Assembly: GCA_963767925.1 (NCBI GenBank)
Contig: CAVYGB010000001.1
Span: 32,001 to 96,000, forward strand
From: an uncultured delta proteobacterium
GTDB lineage: Bacteria > Myxococcota_A > Polyangia > Fen-1088
DNA length: 64,000 nt
Direction of reading: 5' to 3'
The notes below the pieces were generated by a model. That model did no database searches and was not told the origin of the DNA. It saw only the letters and a program-made list of their open reading frames with translations. The translations under genes were made by a program, and so were the position numbers. Every line of letters starts with the position of its first letter. The first letter of the stretch is position 1. Shown here piece after piece: positions 61,401-64,000 of this stretch.

Positions 61401-61560
61401 TGCACCGCTCGCGAAATATCGTCAAGGATCCGCCGACAAGCCTGCGGCCCCGCGAGGCGCGACGACGACGAATATCCGGCATATTCCGAGGAGGAGCAAC
61501 GAAGCGGGGGCGCAGGATCGTCGGCGGAGCCTTGACGATATTTCGCGAGCGGTGCACTAG
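61397..61560. mobile_element. 164-bp CTAG-bounded rod-hairpin element (MITE-like or structured RNA)
   Basis: 31-bp perfect terminal inverted repeat extending imperfectly to 57 bp; 50-nt core related to 47947-47996. Confidence 0.85.
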
Positions 61561-61582
61561 TCCCCGGGCGGCCGGCGGCGGT

Positions 61583-61906
61583 TCAGGCGCGCCGGCGCCG
61601 GCGGCGGCGTGACCGCCGCGAGGGGTGGCGGATCCAGGTGTCGGGCAGGCGGTTGCGATCGGCGGTCGGCTTCGGTGGGGTCTGCTCGGAGGAGGTCTGC
61701 AGGACCACCGGCGGGGCCGGGGCGGTGGCGGCGGCCAGGCCGGGTGCGGTGCGATCCACCTCCCGGTCGGGGGTGACGTAGATGAGGCGGAGCCAGTCGG
61801 CCAGGGTGACGGGCTCGGCGGCGTTCAGGACGGCGGTCTCGGGGAGCACGCCCAGGAAGGCGGCCAGGGCGAGGATCGCGATGCCGCGGCGGAGGAGCTT
61901 CGCCAT
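61583..61906 (-). CDS. Small hypothetical exported protein with Arg-rich tail
   Basis: MAKLLRRGIAILALAAFLGV signal-like start; good codon bias. Confidence 0.55.
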   Translation of the reverse strand: MAKLLRRGIAILALAAFLGVLPETAVLNAAEPVTLADWLRLIYVTPDREVDRTAPGLAAATAPAPPVVLQTSSEQTPPKPTADRNRLPDTWIRHPSRRSRRRRRRRA

Positions 61907-62108
61907 GCTCAAAAAAATAGCACAGCGGGGTGCGACTGGGCGGGGGGCGAAGCTTCGGGGGTTCGGCGCTGGTCGGGGCCGCTGGCCGGCTGCACTCTTC
62001 TGGCTGCGGGTCGGACGCGGCCTCGGCAGCGCGGCCCGTGCGGGCGGCGGCGAGACCGTGGCGACGGCGCGGGGCCAGCGGGGCGAAGACGCGAAGATAA
62101 GATCAGCC

Positions 62109-62315
62109 ATGAGGGTCGAGCAGCTGATGACGAAAGACGTGGTGACCTGCAGCGCCGACGAGCTCTGCAGCGCCGCCGCCCGCAAGATGTGGGACTGCGG
62201 GGCGCCGGCGGCGCCTCCGCAGGAGCCAGGCATGATCCCCGAGCGCATCCTGCGGTACCTGAAGGCGTCGCGCGCCGCCGCCGCCCTCCCGCCCCGGGCC
62301 CGGGCCCGCGCCTGA
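62109..62315 (+). pseudogene. Truncated CBS-domain gene start fused to unrelated sequence
   Basis: MRVEQLMTKDVVTCSADELCSAAARKMWDCG, after which CBS similarity ends. Confidence 0.55.
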
Positions 62316-62519
62316 CCCGCCGCCCGGAGGGGGCGTGGCGCCGTGGTGGGCGGCGGGATGGTTCGGGCGGACCGGGCTGGAGAGGGCAGAAACTTGCGAT
62401 CCTGGCGGATCGGTGAGTTGTCGGGCGAGCGCGGTTGGGTGGAAAAATTGCCACGGCGGGTAGGTTGGCGATGATGGCGCAAACGTCTCGCGGCTTTTGC
62501 GCGCGAGCAAGGAGACCAG

Positions 62520-64000
62520 ATGGCATCGTCGTCAAAGAGGGGTCCGGGGATCGGGAACATGAGCCTTTCGTCCGGCTCCCTGGGCAAGGGGACGTCCTCC
62601 TCGAAGCAGGATCGTGCCGTCGAAGGCCTCGTCGCTTCCGATCTGAACGGCAGCACCGGGGAGAGGGCCGTGATCTCCGTCTCGCGCCCGCGCCCGCTTC
62701 CGCGAAAATCCGCCTCCCGCCAGGCCCGGGCCAGGGACGTCACCCCGCCGGAAAAACCTCCGGAGACTCCGCCAGCGAAGCCGGCCAGGACGCCGGCAGT
62801 CGCAGCAGCGAAGGTCCCGGTCTCCGCGCCGGCGAAGCCACCGGCCGTCGCGCCGGCGAAGGCTCCTGGCATCAGGGCAGCGAAGCCGCGCTCCGCACCG
62901 GCGAAGCCACCGGCCCCTGCGTCGACGAAGCTTCCCGTCACCGCGGCTACGAAGGCCCCGGGATCCGCGCCGGGGAAGGGTGCCCCTGCTGAGCCCAGGA
63001 CTCCGACCTCTGCGCCTGGGAAGGTTCCCGTCGTGAAGAAGACCGGCGCGAAGATCGCTCGCCGGCCGGTGGAGGGGGCCCCGGCGCTCTCGCTCGTCCC
63101 GAGCGCTGCGCCCGCCGACCGCGCGGAAACGACCGCGGGCCGGCTCTCGGTGGTGCGGCCGGCTCCGGAGTCAGCCGCCGACACGAGCAAGAAGGCCGAC
63201 CGTCTGGCCCGCATCAAGGCCCTGGCCGCCCGGAACGACCAGCGCCTCCCCCCCACGCGCGCCCCCGCCCGGGAGCCAGCCCCCCTCCCCGCTACCCCCG
63301 AGCTCTCCCCCCCGTCCCGCCCCGCGACCCTGCTCCCCCGGCCCGCGCCACCCCCCAAGGTCCGACCAACCCAGGCCGCCCGGGTCCCGGCCCCGAAGGC
63401 CACCGCCCCCGCCGCGCTGGAGGAGCGCGCCGCGCCTGTCACGCGGATGGAGATCGCCGCGCCCGCCGCGCTGGAGGAGCGCGCCGCGCCTGTCACGCGG
63501 ATGGAGATCGCCGCGCCTGTCCTTCGGGTGGGAATGACCGCACTGGCAGTTGCGGAGACGGCCCCGCCTGTCGCGCCAGTGGGGGCCACGGCCCTGTACG
63601 CGCGCGAGACCGCGCCGATGGAGACGGCCGTGCCCGTCGTTCCGATGGGAGCGACGGCGCTCGTCACGCCGGAGGAAGCCGCAGCTCCGGTGGCCGCGAT
63701 GGAAGCCGCAGCTCCGGTGGCCCCTGGCGCGTCGGCGTGCGCGCCCGTGGCCGAGGAGACGTGGTCGGTGGTGGCGAGCGTGCCCGCGCTGGTTCCGCTC
63801 CAGGACGCGCCCGCCGTGGGTGAAGTACCCGCCGGCGCAGCGATGGAGCTGACCGCCGCGCCGACGCTCTTTGCGCCGGTGCCGGCGGCAACGCCGAGCG
63901 AGGTGGTCCTCCATTCCTCGGAAGACGACCTGCGCGCTGCCACCGCTACCGCCGAGGTCGACGCTTCACCCTTCCTCGAGGCGACGACCGTTCGGAGCGC
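62520..64000 (+). CDS. Long low-complexity Pro/Ala/Lys-rich protein (3' partial)
   Basis: AAGGAG RBS, ATG at 62520, frame open to the window end; PAK repeats; absent from the ORF track because it has no stop here. Confidence 0.65.
   Translation, partial: MASSSKRGPGIGNMSLSSGSLGKGTSSSKQDRAVEGLVASDLNGSTGERAVISVSRPRPLPRKSASRQARARDVTPPEKPPETPPAKPARTPAVAAAKVPVSAPAKPPAVAPAKAPGIRAAKPRSAPAKPPAPASTKLPVTAATKAPGSAPGKGAPAEPRTPTSAPGKVPVVKKTGAKIARRPVEGAPALSLVPSAAPADRAETTAGRLSVVRPAPESAADTSKKADRLARIKALAARNDQRLPPTRAPAREPAPLPATPELSPPSRPATLLPRPAPPPKVRPTQAARVPAPKATAPAALEERAAPVTRMEIAAPAALEERAAPVTRMEIAAPVLRVGMTALAVAETAPPVAPVGATALYARETAPMETAVPVVPMGATALVTPEEAAAPVAAMEAAAPVAPGASACAPVAEETWSVVASVPALVPLQDAPAVGEVPAGAAMELTAAPTLFAPVPAATPSEVVLHSSEDDLRAATATAEVDASPFLEATTVRS
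63408..63515. repeat. 54-bp perfect in-frame tandem duplication
   Basis: PAALEERAAPVTRMEIAA twice. Confidence 0.95.

Noticed and set aside
61907..63943. N-terminal 679 aa of the 786-aa minus-strand ORF
   Set aside because: Antisense to the RBS-supported plus-strand ORF; only the last 107 aa look real

Overview
Very GC-rich bacterial DNA. The gene content (Ser/Thr kinases, a giant kinase-AAA-GAF-histidine kinase, a DUF1592/DUF1552 pair, many Pro-rich lipoproteins) suggests Myxococcota, which is an inference. There are about 50 coding regions: envelope and secreted enzymes (M15, M48, an L,D-transpeptidase-like protein, two CotH kinases, hydrolases), regulators (AraC, WYL, NhaR-like LysR, response regulators, PP2C, kinase-HDOD) and transporters (TerC, MATE, sugar ABC). 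Also present are a heme-oxygenase-like diiron enzyme plus cupin pair, a PanP-like decarboxylase, a protein with two PARP-type zinc fingers, and an inositol oxygenase heading a sugar ABC operon. I found no rRNA, tRNA, CRISPR array or intact transposase. Non-coding highlights: (1) two 164-165 bp CTAG-bounded rod hairpins with different arm sequences but a conserved, covarying 50-nt core of tandem G-A pairs; (2) two REP-like families; (3) a group IIC intron 5' remnant; (4) sigma54-type promoters; (5) several collapsed gene remnants (alaS, Uma2, corA, CBS). Dense single-base frameshifts at 48.0-51.4 kb may be sequencing errors. All family calls come from motif recognition by eye, not database searches.
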